Shown here piece after piece: positions 39,624 through 49,894 of a DNA stretch of 64,000 nucleotides. The position numbers and the translations under genes were made by a program. The DNA is taken from contig OY970325.1 in assembly GCA_963717145.1 (NCBI GenBank), positions 1,888,001 through 1,952,000 of the forward strand. Reading direction: 5' to 3'. Source of the DNA: an uncultured Armatimonadetes bacterium (lineage in GTDB: Bacteria > Armatimonadota > UBA5829 > DTJY01). Under the pieces are notes generated by a model. It was given only the letters and a program-made list of their open reading frames with translations. It did not search any database and had not been told where the DNA came from. The stretch's first letter is position 1; every line of letters begins with the position of its first letter.

Positions 39624-39705
39624 GAGTGCAACTCCCGGGGCGTGCGGCGGGAGGGAGTGCAACTCCCTCCCGAACGGTGGCTCCCTCACGAACGGTGAAG
39701 CGAGA
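39624..39705. repeat. Degenerate palindromic repeat remnants
   Basis: gggagtgcaactccc occurs twice, with cgggagggagtgcaactccctcccg palindrome and a duplicated ctccctc.cgaacggtg. Confidence 0.5.
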
Positions 39706-39716
39706 GGCGGGAAGGC

Positions 39717-40661
39717 TCAGTAACTCCCCTTGTTCTTGAGGACCCACTTGCCGATCTTGAGCTTGCGCTTCTTGATCTCGGGGGAGACCGAGCCGATCAT
39801 CCAGCAGTTCTTGCCGCAGTTTCGCGCCATCTTGCGGACCTCCGCCGCGCGGGGGCTGGTCCTGATCTCCTCGAAGGTCTGCTCCTTGATGTTCCCCATG
39901 CTCTCGTCGACGACGTTGCACGGCTTGATGTCGCCCCACGGCTCGCACAGGAAGATGTCCTCCCCCATGCAGCACGGGAGCAGGCGCTCCCCACCGTGGA
40001 CGTAGTTGATGATCCCGTGGTTGAAGTAGGCGCGGAACCAGTTCTTCGGCTTCTTGCTCTTGAACAGCTCGCGGATCAGCTTGCGGACGTTCTCCGAGAC
40101 CTCTTCCTTCTTCGTGATCTCGTTGTCCATCTTGTGGAAATAGTAGGCGTTGTGGACGACGGCGGTGGCGAACTCGACCTCCAGGTGCTTGGCGAGTTCG
40201 TATAGCTCCAGGATGTCGGCCGAGTTCCGGTCAGAGATCGTGATGCCGAAGCCGATGTCCTTGAGCCCCATCTTCTTGAGCTGCAGGAGTGTGCGCAGTC
40301 CGTGGTCGAAGCCGCCCTCGATGCCGCGCAGTTCGTCGTTCGCGGCGGGGAGCCCTTCGAGCGAGATACGGAAGCCGAGTTCGCCGTTGAACTTCTCAGC
40401 GAGGGCGACGATCTTCTCGGTGTAGAATCCGTTTGTGCTGATGCAGATGCGCTTGGCCTTCTTCTTGACGATCGTGACGATGTCGGCCAACTCCTCGCGC
40501 AGGAACGGCTCGCCGCCGGTGATGTTGAGGAATTCCAGCTCGGGGAACTTCTCGTAGTACGACGGATCCATCTCCTGCTCGGGCGTGGATGGGAACTGCC
40601 AGGTGTTGCACATATGACACTTGGCGTTGCACCGGTATGTTGCGACGAGTATGCCTTCCAT
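39717..40661 (-). CDS. Radical SAM protein with SPASM/twitch domain
   Basis: YRCNAKCHMC, ITGGEPFLR and STNG motifs; C-terminal PCCMG...PCN...CGKNCW. Confidence 0.92.
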   Translation of the reverse strand: MEGILVATYRCNAKCHMCNTWQFPSTPEQEMDPSYYEKFPELEFLNITGGEPFLREELADIVTIVKKKAKRICISTNGFYTEKIVALAEKFNGELGFRISLEGLPAANDELRGIEGGFDHGLRTLLQLKKMGLKDIGFGITISDRNSADILELYELAKHLEVEFATAVVHNAYYFHKMDNEITKKEEVSENVRKLIRELFKSKKPKNWFRAYFNHGIINYVHGGERLLPCCMGEDIFLCEPWGDIKPCNVVDESMGNIKEQTFEEIRTSPRAAEVRKMARNCGKNCWMIGSVSPEIKKRKLKIGKWVLKNKGSY

Positions 40662-40730
40662 TCGTGACCTCTTTCGTGGGGAGTCTGGTATAAGGATACA
40701 TTATCGGGCGGAATGATGCAAGGCGTCAGG

Positions 40731-40765
40731 GAATGGTTAATGGTCGATGGTTCATGGTTCATGGG
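40731..40765. repeat. Heptamer tandem repeat (ATGGTTC)n
   Basis: gaatggttaatggtcgatggttcatggttcatgg. Confidence 0.65.
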
Positions 40766-40963
40766 GGAATGGGAGTGTGGAGACCTGGTATTGTTACCAG
40801 TTCTGCGGTTTTTGCTGGGCTTTGGAAGCTTCATGTGCTATAATATCAGGTAATCATCGGCTTGTGCACAGTGCCGGTAATGGGTGCGGCAGCACGGGCA
40901 GTCGCATCAGACGGCCTCACTGCCGTCATGGTTGGCATCGACTCAACGAAGGAGATGGGGAAC

Positions 40964-41905
40964 ATGGTCTCGCGAACGACGCTGGCTATGGAAGTGGTGG
41001 CGAAGCATTGCCTAGCCATCCTGCTTATCGTGCTTTCGATCGGTTTGCCACTAGATTGTGCTGCCCTGACTACCTCTTTCCGGCAAGGTGACAGCTTTGG
41101 CAGTATCGTGGAAGATACAAGCCTTATTCACGACTGCAGAGATGAGTACTATGGGGGAAACCACACGTACCGGCATGCGACAAAGGAGAACTATGGCTCC
41201 TCTGAGCGTTTATCCGCGGGCTACACTCAGTATCTGATCGATTATGACTCGAACTACTTCTTTACAGAGCAAGTCGCGGTTGGGCTGATCAGGTTTGACC
41301 TGACAAGGATACAGGGTGCCACGGTGCAGTCTGCGAGGCTCTACTTGTACCTGCAGATCCCTTCAGTCCGCATTGATGTACCCGGTTACACACCATGGAC
41401 GGTGGGGGCAAAGGTCGTACCGGCAGTGGATGGGGACTGGGTGGCAGGCACGAGCAACGGTGTGATAGAAGGGGGCGCATCGTCTTACGCGCAGAAGCTT
41501 CAGGGAATACAAGACTGGAGCACACCGGTCCGGGACAATTGGTATTCTTTGCCGGGGGACTCTGCAGTTGGGACCTATACTGGCCAAGTGAATCGGTTCT
41601 ACGACCAGTCCGGCCAACTCAATGAGTACCGGAGGGTCTATCTCGATCTGCCCCCGAGCGCAGTCTCACTATGGGCCAGCGCTCCTGCCAGCAATACCGG
41701 ATTGGCGTTGTACGGACAGGAGAACTCTGTGGTGTCCGGCTCCGTAAACCGCATAGCTTCCTCCAACTCGCCCTACGTGGCGATGCGGCCCACTCTCAGT
41801 GTCACTTATGTGATTACCCCTGAACCTTCTTCGCTCAGCGCGCTCTTGGTGGGAACAGGATTCGCGTTCTTTGCTGTCAGGGCACGACGTCGGAACAGAA
41901 CCTAG
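40964..41905 (+). CDS. PEP-CTERM surface protein with DNRLRE-like domain (start uncertain)
   Basis: Signal peptide, GLIRFDL..I...VQSARLYL, and C-terminal TPEPSS + TM + RRR; extended -10 TGCTATAAT at 40836. Confidence 0.82.
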   Translation: MVSRTTLAMEVVAKHCLAILLIVLSIGLPLDCAALTTSFRQGDSFGSIVEDTSLIHDCRDEYYGGNHTYRHATKENYGSSERLSAGYTQYLIDYDSNYFFTEQVAVGLIRFDLTRIQGATVQSARLYLYLQIPSVRIDVPGYTPWTVGAKVVPAVDGDWVAGTSNGVIEGGASSYAQKLQGIQDWSTPVRDNWYSLPGDSAVGTYTGQVNRFYDQSGQLNEYRRVYLDLPPSAVSLWASAPASNTGLALYGQENSVVSGSVNRIASSNSPYVAMRPTLSVTYVITPEPSSLSALLVGTGFAFFAVRARRRNRT

Positions 41906-41941
41906 ACCCCATGCTGATGAACGGAGAGTGACGTCCTCGCT

Positions 41942-44251
41942 TCACAGTGATACGCTCTCAAGCGTCAGACGTTCCGGTCTGCGGGTCTTCTCGAAGCGCA
42001 AGAACACTCCACCATAGGCACCGAGGGATAGATCAATGCTGTCCCCTGAGGGGAGTGGCGACATCTTGCCGGTCGCGGGATTCCAGAGCTCACCCTTGCC
42101 GGCGCGGATGCTCACTGTGCCGGTCCAGGGAGTGGCGCTGTCGTTGATGATGAAGAAGACGTCGTGGCCGTCGATCCGGCGGTGGGTCGAATGGAGCGGC
42201 GACTTGGGATCGGATAGCCTGACATCAGGCTCTATGATGGAGTCGAGACTCGAGGCCAGGAGGTCGATCTTGTCCTGCGGGAGGTAGACCCCGGCCCCAC
42301 CGGCTGAGTTAGCCATCACACGAGCGCCCTTCGACTCGCCGAATATCTCCTTCGCAAACGCCTGCACTCGGGCCGATGGGAACTCGGACTCGCTGTTCAT
42401 CGGCAACGCGTCAACCGAGATCACGACGCCGCCGGTCTTAGCGAACTCCGCGAGCCTCTCCCACGCCTTCATCGGAAGTGTGTCGGCGCACGGGAGGATC
42501 ACGACTCGCCACCGGAGCTTGCCGAGTTCGAGCGCCCCACCCTTCACCTTCGCCTCGATGAGCGCCTGGCCATCGATATAGGTGAAGTCACGCTTCGCCT
42601 TCCAGAGGCTCGCGCTCACCTTCTGGTAGATGTCGGCGACGAGATTGGCATCGGGGGCATCCGTAGCCCACTTGCTCGCGATCGTGAAGCGGGGCCAGAT
42701 GCTCTCGCTCGGATAGAGGACCGCGATATCGGCGACCTGATGGCCGCCCCTGAGCATCGTGTTGCAGCGCCCGATGTGCTCGTTAAGCCGGACGAGTTGC
42801 TCCTGGGAGAGACCGTCGAAGGAGTAGTAGCTCGTCTGAACGTTGATACCATTGAGAGCCAGCTTGCTGAGCGTTCCCCTGATCTCATCCTCGGTGACGA
42901 CTCGCACGGGCCGAGTGTCACCCGCCGGTCGGTATCGCTGGACGTGATCGGAGGTCTCGGACATCGTCCATTGCGTCTTGCCCTCGAGTTCCCCGGCGCT
43001 TGAGAGCAGTCGGGCGACGAACCAGGGGACCTCGGCGGGGATGCTCGTCAGGCAGTCGATGCTCGGGGCGTCGAGCCGTCGGATGCATCGGAAGAAGTCG
43101 CCGTAGAGCGGGACGTGCGTGATGATCGGCTCCTCCAAGAGGAGGTGGCCGCCGCTGGGGATGTTGTGCTTGCGTCCCCACTGCTGTATCTGGCCGAAGA
43201 AGTTCTCAGCGGTCAACTCGCCGACCGTCAGCCAGAAGTCGTACCGCGCCTTCCTCCCCTGCTCACCGGCATCGGCCACGAGTGCGGGGATGAGCGGCTC
43301 GATGTCGTATCCCCGGCGCTTCTTGAACTCGACGGGGAGGTTCGGCGACCAGGGCATCACTCGATACGGCATCTGGTTGAAGAAGAGGCTCATGAGCGAC
43401 GGCTCGTCGGTGAATGTGGCAGTGAAGTACTTCCCGAGGTCGCTGCCGAGGTGCTTCGCATAAGCGTCATGCGTGACCTCGATAAACTTCGCGGTCGGCT
43501 CGGGCATCAGGAGGTTGACGTAATGCGCCTTATCCGCGAGGCTGATCGCCGAGTGCGTGCCTTCATAGAGCGCGTCCTCGGTGATCGCCATGACGTGCCA
43601 CTTGCCGCCGGGCGACTTCCACGTGGCCTTGTCCCCGCTGACGTCGATCGTGGTCGGCTTGTCGAGTTGGAGGACGCCGCCGACAACGGGATATGCCACC
43701 GCTGAATGAAGCTTCCCCGGAGGAAGGTCGAGGGTCACCTCGCTTTCAGTCACGGCGTCCGCGATCAGGAGTCCACGGGCCTCCCATTCGTGATGATCGC
43801 GGAGAGTTATTCCCCCTGCAGACCCGGATGGATAGCCCTTCTCGTCATAGAGCCAGAGAGCCATGCCGGCTTCCTTCGCCGCCTTGACCGCTCGGACGTA
43901 CGACTGCCACTTCTGCTCGTTCTCGACGTAGCCGTCGAAGGAGACGTTGCACGCCATCCCGCCGAAGCCCTGCTCGATCAGAGAGGCGATAAGCTGGTCC
44001 TGGGCCGCCGGGTCATCCGGCATGTGGTGGACGATCTTGAGGATGCGCGAATCCGCAGGGGGATTCGCGAACCGCTCGGCGAGTGGTCGATCTGACTGTG
44101 GCAGTTTCATCGTCGCCTCCGTTGTTCCAGAACTAACCGCCAAGACGCCAAGAACGCCAAGAGCAGACTCTGGTAGTTGCATCATTCCCTCTGTTGTGGC
44201 GGCGCAAAGCATGATCGCCAGCGCCGCAACGATTGTGATTGTATTCCTCAT
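41942..44251 (-). CDS. Secreted GH106-like glycoside hydrolase
   Basis: GFGG, LWLYDEKGYPSGSAGG, TFTDEPSL, FKKRRGYD and ADIAVLYP motifs. Confidence 0.75.
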   Translation of the reverse strand: MRNTITIVAALAIMLCAATTEGMMQLPESALGVLGVLAVSSGTTEATMKLPQSDRPLAERFANPPADSRILKIVHHMPDDPAAQDQLIASLIEQGFGGMACNVSFDGYVENEQKWQSYVRAVKAAKEAGMALWLYDEKGYPSGSAGGITLRDHHEWEARGLLIADAVTESEVTLDLPPGKLHSAVAYPVVGGVLQLDKPTTIDVSGDKATWKSPGGKWHVMAITEDALYEGTHSAISLADKAHYVNLLMPEPTAKFIEVTHDAYAKHLGSDLGKYFTATFTDEPSLMSLFFNQMPYRVMPWSPNLPVEFKKRRGYDIEPLIPALVADAGEQGRKARYDFWLTVGELTAENFFGQIQQWGRKHNIPSGGHLLLEEPIITHVPLYGDFFRCIRRLDAPSIDCLTSIPAEVPWFVARLLSSAGELEGKTQWTMSETSDHVQRYRPAGDTRPVRVVTEDEIRGTLSKLALNGINVQTSYYSFDGLSQEQLVRLNEHIGRCNTMLRGGHQVADIAVLYPSESIWPRFTIASKWATDAPDANLVADIYQKVSASLWKAKRDFTYIDGQALIEAKVKGGALELGKLRWRVVILPCADTLPMKAWERLAEFAKTGGVVISVDALPMNSESEFPSARVQAFAKEIFGESKGARVMANSAGGAGVYLPQDKIDLLASSLDSIIEPDVRLSDPKSPLHSTHRRIDGHDVFFIINDSATPWTGTVSIRAGKGELWNPATGKMSPLPSGDSIDLSLGAYGGVFLRFEKTRRPERLTLESVSL

Positions 44252-44273
44252 AGGTTTCTCCCTCAGCAAGGTA

Positions 44274-44553
44274 CCGTCTAGTCCTGAGTAGTCCTGATGA
44301 ATGGCAAGACGTAACGAAGGACGGTCGGGCCTGCACTAAGGTTGGTGCTCCGTAGGCCGCCCTTCGTTACATGCCGTCATTCACCGGCACACTCAGGGCT
44401 GACGGGCTTTCTCTGTGTCCTCTGTGCCTCTGTGGTTGAATGGCCGCCCTTCGTTACATGCCGTCATTCACCAGCACACTCAGGGCTAACGGGTTTTCAC
44501 TCCCATACTCCCATTCTCCATTCTGACTTCTGACTCCTGACTGCTGACTCCTC
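44274..44553. repeat. Compound repeat cluster (GTCCTGAG element with duplicated arm, 9-mer, octamer and heptamer tracts)
   Basis: ggccgcccttcgttacatgccgtcattcacc.gcacactcagggct.acggg occurs twice; ctctgtgtcctctgtgcctctgtggt lies between the copies. Confidence 0.8.
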
Positions 44554-46659
44554 CTACTGCATAAAACTATACGTCGGCACGTGGAGAATCCAGCCTACGA
44601 CCGGCCAGAGACACCCGACGATGAAATCCCCCAGCAGCAGGCCGATGAAGAAGTCCATAACGATCCGGTACATCTTCATCCCGCCGTAACGGAGCGAGAG
44701 GAGCTTCGCCAGCCACGCGATGAACATCGGCAGCCAGAGCGTGCCGATCGAGTAGCTCGTCGAGATCGCGAACCCTAAGGGATGGAACGGCCACCAGCCG
44801 GCCCGGAGCTTCATGAAGTAAAGAAGATACGCAAACGCCATCCCCCACCCGATCGCCAGTGTCGCGGGGATATCGGCCTTCTGCGGGTTCACCAGCCAAT
44901 TGTTCAGCCGGCTGACGTATGCCTCCGCGCCAAAGTACGGAACGTGCCCCGCCATCCCGACCGACGCGCCGCGCGTGTATCCGAAGTGGAGGAAGATCCA
45001 GAACCCGCTGATCACCGCCACGACCGACGCCACCCCGATCGCGATGCCCATGTACCTCTGCGGAGTCCCCGTTCGGTCCGCCAGCTTTAGCCCATCGAGC
45101 TGGTAGGCGATCGGGATGCTCCGGTACGCGCGGTTGAACCAGAATACCCAGCTCATGCCGGTGAGCTGTCCCGGCGTGAATGCCGCGCCCCCGAATGCGC
45201 CGAGGAGTATGATGTCAGGGTCCATCCAGTGAAGATCGTGGGCCGGCGGTCCGAACTCGGCGTGCATCTTGGCGATCGCGAGCGCGAGGAAGAAGTACAT
45301 GAGGACCACCGCGATGCCGATGTACCAGCCCATGCCGATCATCTGGAAGAACCAGGCGATCGCGATCATGCCGAGTATCGCCCCAAGGAAGGCGGTCCGA
45401 TACGGCATCGGGCCGTTTGCCTCGTCGGGATCGTGCAGGCCGCGAAATGCTGCCCGGTAGACCTTCGTCAGATGCTTGCGTCCCGACCAAAGCGCGAATA
45501 CGGCGATGAGGTAGTATGCCCCGAGCGCCTGCTGGTTCATGAACGGGAAGGTCGGAGTCGCCTCGTACACGCCATACATGTCGCCGAATATGCGGACGAC
45601 CCGCCACATGACGTAGAAGAACCAGCACGAGAAGAGCATGTCCAAAGGCAGAAGGAAGCTCAGCCCGATGCCGTAGGGATAGAAGGAGACGGGAGTCCAG
45701 CCGATCGCGCTCCATGGGCGGCTGGGCATGAACGGCTGGATGTCCCACATCTTGACGGGGATGACCGGAAGCGAGGGATAGAAAAGCTGCATGCCGTTCA
45801 GGATCGAGATACCCGCCGCGATGGAGAATCCGATCCACATGAGCCGGCTGCGGAAGAGCCTGTGGCCCGGCTCGGTGATCTGCATCGGCAGTTCGACTAT
45901 CGGGAAGAGCAGCTTCTCGTTGCGTATCCATTGCTGGCGAACGATCGTGTTGATGCAGAACATGACTCCCATCATCGTGAGCATGACGGCCGACCAGACG
46001 CCGACCGGTATCAGCCAGTGGCGGATGATCTCCCAGGAGTACATCGAGCTGTGGCCCTCCTACCAGCCCTTCACGACCTCCGGGTCGCTCACGGATATCC
46101 AGCTCGGGATGTGTGGAAGCATGATCTGCGCCCAGCGGTTCTCCGGCGTGGCGAATCGGAATGGGTAGGTGATCATCGGCATGAGGACATCCATGTAGTC
46201 GATGCTCACGATGGCGGTCGAGATGGTGAGCATGACGTAGATGACGAGCAGCTCCCCGCGCTCCAAGGCGTATGCTCCTCCTCCCCCCAACCTCCGGACC
46301 CTCACCCCCGACCCCTCTCCCTCAGAAGGGCGAGGGGGGTGGTCCTCCGATCTCAGCTCCCCTCGCCCTTCTGAGGGAGAGGGGTCGGGGGTGAGGGTCC
46401 GGGGTGCAAGCCATCGCGCTGCAATGCGTCCGATCAGGCCGTTGAGGACGGTCAGGACGATCAGGAAGAGGATCGTGTTCGCGAAGAGCGAGATCGTGGA
46501 CGGATACGGACCGGCCCCGCCGCCGGTCACGTTCCGGAAGCCGACCTCCATGTAGAGCAGGAAGTAGACGTTCACCGGCACGAGGATCATCCCGAGGATG
46601 ATGGCCCGGTACCGGCGCAGGAAGCCCATCCGCTCGCCCTCACGAACACCGCTCTCCAT
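44554..46659 (-). CDS. DUF6785/DUF6784-like polytopic membrane protein interrupted by an in-frame TAG at 46060-46062
   Basis: ORFs 46060-46659 and 44554-46044 are in the same frame (KGW*EGHSSMY). Motifs ELLVIYVM, QW...EKL.FP, WWPFHPLGF and F.GLLLGD. Confidence 0.75.
46294..46402. repeat. Perfect 44-bp inverted repeat inserted in frame (CCCTCACCCC...GGGAGAGGGG family)
   Basis: Arms 46294-46337 and 46359-46402 are exact reverse complements. Confidence 0.92.
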
Positions 46660-46715
46660 ACGAGCGAGTATACCGGTCGGGCCGCCGGTCGGTCAAGATG
46701 AGGACGCCCCGCGCT

Positions 46716-46780
46716 GTCATTCTGAGCGAAGCGAAGAATCTCGCCTTCCGAACAGATCATTTGCTCCGCTCAGAATGACA
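46716..46780. repeat. TGTCATTCTGAGC-type palindrome
   Basis: tgtcattctgagcgaagcgaagaatct...agatcatttgctccgctcagaatgaca. Confidence 0.85.
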
Positions 46781-46928
46781 GCCGGGGAGGTCTGTCAACA
46801 GGTAAATTTACCAGTTTTTCGCAGATTCGTGGACGAGTTGCTTTTTTGGCTGTATAATGCTTGTAGTTCGATCAGCTTTGTGCGAGGTTTCACACACTCG
46901 CCAGCGAGATCGCACCAAGGAGAAAGAG

Positions 46929-47621
46929 ATGAAGAGAGCCATTCCAGTACTTCTTGCCGTATTCATGCTTGCGACAGCCACAGTATCTGCAGACCAGACC
47001 AGTTGGCGCGTGCTCATGAAGGCCGACAACGGCGCCGGCGGATACGCCGGCCCAGGCGCCTATGTCGGCGTCTATCCGACTTCCCTGGAAGGCCTGGACG
47101 CTGAAGACCATCCACCGTATTCAGGCTTCTTCGTGGATACGCCGGGAAATCAGGTGCATCTGGTTACGCTTGTTCCTGGTGATGGCGTAACTTCGCACAA
47201 CATAAAGGCGCCTACTCTTCCTGTACCTGAGAAAACGTGGGACCTTTATGTCGGAGCCAACGTAGACTACCAGTTCCCAACAATCGGTTTGCGTGCGTAT
47301 GCCGTCACTGCCAGGCAAACCCCCACTTTTGACGGCATCCCTGTCTCATACTATGTGAGGATGGCAGACAACAAGGGCGTCACCGGCGCACCCGCAAACG
47401 GCACCATGTGGGAACTTCCCATGCCCACCACTAACGGTCAGTTCTGGACGTCGCCAGTCAACCTACCGGTCATAAAGCTGTCGGCAGGTAGCAATGCGGC
47501 ACTGCTCGCAGAAGGTTATAAGCTGCAGTTCGTGCAGAAGGCCGTCCCCGAGCCGAGTGGACTGCTCGCACTCGGCGGGTGTCTTGTCGGCCTTGCAAGT
47601 TTTTTCCGGCGGCGCAAATAG
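46929..47621 (+). CDS. PEP-CTERM surface protein
   Basis: Signal peptide MKRAIPVLLAVF; VPEPSGLLAL + TM + RRRK; promoter TGGACG-17-TATAAT at 46830-46858. Confidence 0.88.
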   Translation: MKRAIPVLLAVFMLATATVSADQTSWRVLMKADNGAGGYAGPGAYVGVYPTSLEGLDAEDHPPYSGFFVDTPGNQVHLVTLVPGDGVTSHNIKAPTLPVPEKTWDLYVGANVDYQFPTIGLRAYAVTARQTPTFDGIPVSYYVRMADNKGVTGAPANGTMWELPMPTTNGQFWTSPVNLPVIKLSAGSNAALLAEGYKLQFVQKAVPEPSGLLALGGCLVGLASFFRRRK

Positions 47622-47742
47622 TTGTTTACCGGATATCGCACCTCAGGCGATAAAGAATACTGAGGGCGCGGGGTTGTGCGCTCGCAGAATTGTGGTATAA
47701 TCGAGTCAGCAATACCAAATCCAGCCGAAAGGAGGCAGTGCA

Positions 47743-47814
47743 GTGAGATACAGAGTCTACATTTACCGAAGAAGTGAAGTACATTGCCCGCCTCGTTTCG
47801 GCTCGTCTGGATGA
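47743..47814 (+). CDS. Putative 23-aa leader peptide MRYRVYIYRRSEVHCPPRFGSSG
   Basis: AAAGGAGG RBS then GTG; downstream of extended -10 TGGTATAAT (47693-47701) and upstream of a terminator. Confidence 0.5.
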   Translation: MRYRVYIYRRSEVHCPPRFGSSG

Positions 47815-47842
47815 CAATCGGGTTCTCTTTCTGAGACCACTT

Positions 47843-47876
47843 CGGGCCGCGGGCAATGAGTCTGTGGCCCGTTTTG
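47843..47876 (+). terminator. Attenuator-like terminator upstream of the ECF sigma gene
   Basis: CGGGCCGCGGGC-aatga-GTCTGTGGCCCG-TTTT; its three G-U pairs form only on the + strand. Confidence 0.6.
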
Positions 47877-47898
47877 CGTTTCCAGGAGAGAAGAACCG

Positions 47899-48408
47899 AT
47901 GAATTGCTGTATACAAAGTGCGAGAGATGGCGACCAGACCGCCAGAGAAGACCTGGTGGACAGACTTCGCCCTCGAATAGCGAGCATGGCCGGACACTAC
48001 GCGAGATGCACCGGCGAAGACCCTGATGACCTGCTTCAGGAAGCATGGGTCGGCCTGCTCGAAGCGCTCCCCGAACTGAACATGCACATCGGCAGCCCGG
48101 AGCAGTACCTCATCCGGCATGCCCGCTGGCGTCTGCTCGATGCGGTCAAGCACGCCCGAATCCGGCGATGTCTGCCGCTGGAGGACCAGGCGGGCGACGA
48201 CATCCCCCACCCCGAATCCGCGGTCGAGTCCGCGTTCGTCTCCGAATTCGCCGGACGCCTGAAGGAATCCCAGCGCGCGGTGCTCGGATGCCTGCTCGAC
48301 GGCCTGACGTGGCGGGAGGCCGGTCGCGCGCTCGGATGCACGTCGGCGAACGTGGCGTATCACGTGCGCCAGATCAAGCGGCGGTATGAGGAATGGACTG
48401 GGGAGTAG
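47899..48408 (+). CDS. sigma-70 family (ECF-like) RNA polymerase sigma factor
   Basis: DDLLQEAWVGLLEA region 2 motif; GLTWREAGRALGCTSANV region 4 HTH. Confidence 0.85.
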   Translation: MNCCIQSARDGDQTAREDLVDRLRPRIASMAGHYARCTGEDPDDLLQEAWVGLLEALPELNMHIGSPEQYLIRHARWRLLDAVKHARIRRCLPLEDQAGDDIPHPESAVESAFVSEFAGRLKESQRAVLGCLLDGLTWREAGRALGCTSANVAYHVRQIKRRYEEWTGE

Positions 48409-48502
48409 GCGAGTATGGGAGTGTGGGAGTATGGGAGACCGGAATCCGGCACCCCCAGACTTCCATACTCCCGTACCCCCACACTCCCACACTCCCATAC
48501 TC
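48409..48502. repeat. Inverted octamer repeats (GAGTATGG/CCATACTC)
   Basis: gagtatgggagtgtgggagtatgggag ... ccatactcccgtacccccacactcccacactcccatactc; the same unit occurs at 8158-8185. Confidence 0.8.
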
Positions 48503-48752
48503 CTTTACCACCCGCCTCCGCCCGCTCTACACAGTTCATGGAGGCATGCAACGAAATCTTGCCTCCAGAAGGAGGTGGGTGATATGTGGGTCTATGAATC
48601 ACCCGCCCCCGGAGCAGGGCGCCGGTAGTCCCGTACCGGGAATTGCTCCCGCCGCCGGGACTTCGGTCCCGGCGGTCATTCTATCAAGAATGAATGGCGT
48701 TAAGTCATGCCGAACTCTCCTGTAACGAACCATTGGCAGGAGGAGCAAATCG

Positions 48753-49892
48753 GTGATGACACGACGCAACATTTGGATCGGGCTGCTGCTTGCTGTCTGG
48801 CTGACGGCCGGATCAGCGGCGGCACAATCGGACCGGACCTATCCCGAGGTGGGACCCGGTCTCACTTATGTCCATGAGCGGATCGGGGACGTACCCTGGG
48901 CGATCCACATCCTCAAGATAGATCGGCAGGAGGATTTCCGACTCATATCGAGCCTGGCGCAGGGCACTATCTACGGACTCGCCGGGATCAGCAAGCACGT
49001 GGGCGCTGTGCCCTCAGAACTCGGGACGCCGGTTGCCGCGATCAACGGCGACTTCTACCGGATAGCTTCGGGTCCCTATCAGGGCGACCCGAGCGGCCTG
49101 CAGATCGTGCAGGGAGAACTGGTGAGCGCTCCAATAGGTCCGAGCTTCTGGATAGACGCGCGGGGCAAGCCGCAGATCGGCGATGTCCAGCCGCAGATGA
49201 AGGTCACATGGCCGGACGACAGCACGACTCCGATCGGGCTGAACGAGGAGCGCAAGGACGATGCGGCCGTCCTCTACACGCCGATACTCGGGGCGTCGAC
49301 TCGAACCAAGGGCGGGCGGGAGATGGTCCTGGAACGCGTTGCCGGCGAACCGTGGCTGCCGGTCCGTCCCGGTCTGACATACAGCGCCCGTGTGCGTGAG
49401 GTGAAGGACAATGGCGATACGTCGCTGTCGCCGGACACCATGATTCTGTCCGTCGGGCCGAATCTCGTGAACGCGCCGGCCGTTACGGTAGGCGACGTGC
49501 TCCGGATCACGATGGCGACATCACCCGACCTGACCGGAGTGGATGTGGCGATCGGCGGCCATCCGATCCTGGTCGCCGATGGTAAACGAGTTCCGTTCGG
49601 CCCAGGCGATCCCCGTCACCCGCGCACGATAATCGGCTGGAACTCGCGCTATCTGTACTTCGTGGTTGTGGATGGCAGGCGGAGTGACCTCTCCGCTGGG
49701 ATGACGAATGCGGAGATGGCGTCGCTCATGCGACGACTCGCATGCACCGACGCGATGAACCTCGACGGCGGAGGGTCATCTACCTTCTGGCTCGGCGGTC
49801 GAGTGATGAACGTCCCTTCCGACGGTCGCGAGCGAGGGATCGCCAACTCCCTGATCCTGCTGCGCAAACCGGCAGCTCCCGCGGTCAACTAA
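48753..49892 (+). CDS. Phosphodiester glycosidase (NAGPA/DUF2233-like) family protein
   Basis: AAINGDFY, RHPRTIIG, VVDGR and AMNLDGGGSS motifs. Confidence 0.9.
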   Translation: MMTRRNIWIGLLLAVWLTAGSAAAQSDRTYPEVGPGLTYVHERIGDVPWAIHILKIDRQEDFRLISSLAQGTIYGLAGISKHVGAVPSELGTPVAAINGDFYRIASGPYQGDPSGLQIVQGELVSAPIGPSFWIDARGKPQIGDVQPQMKVTWPDDSTTPIGLNEERKDDAAVLYTPILGASTRTKGGREMVLERVAGEPWLPVRPGLTYSARVREVKDNGDTSLSPDTMILSVGPNLVNAPAVTVGDVLRITMATSPDLTGVDVAIGGHPILVADGKRVPFGPGDPRHPRTIIGWNSRYLYFVVVDGRRSDLSAGMTNAEMASLMRRLACTDAMNLDGGGSSTFWLGGRVMNVPSDGRERGIANSLILLRKPAAPAVN

Positions 49893-49894
49893 CT

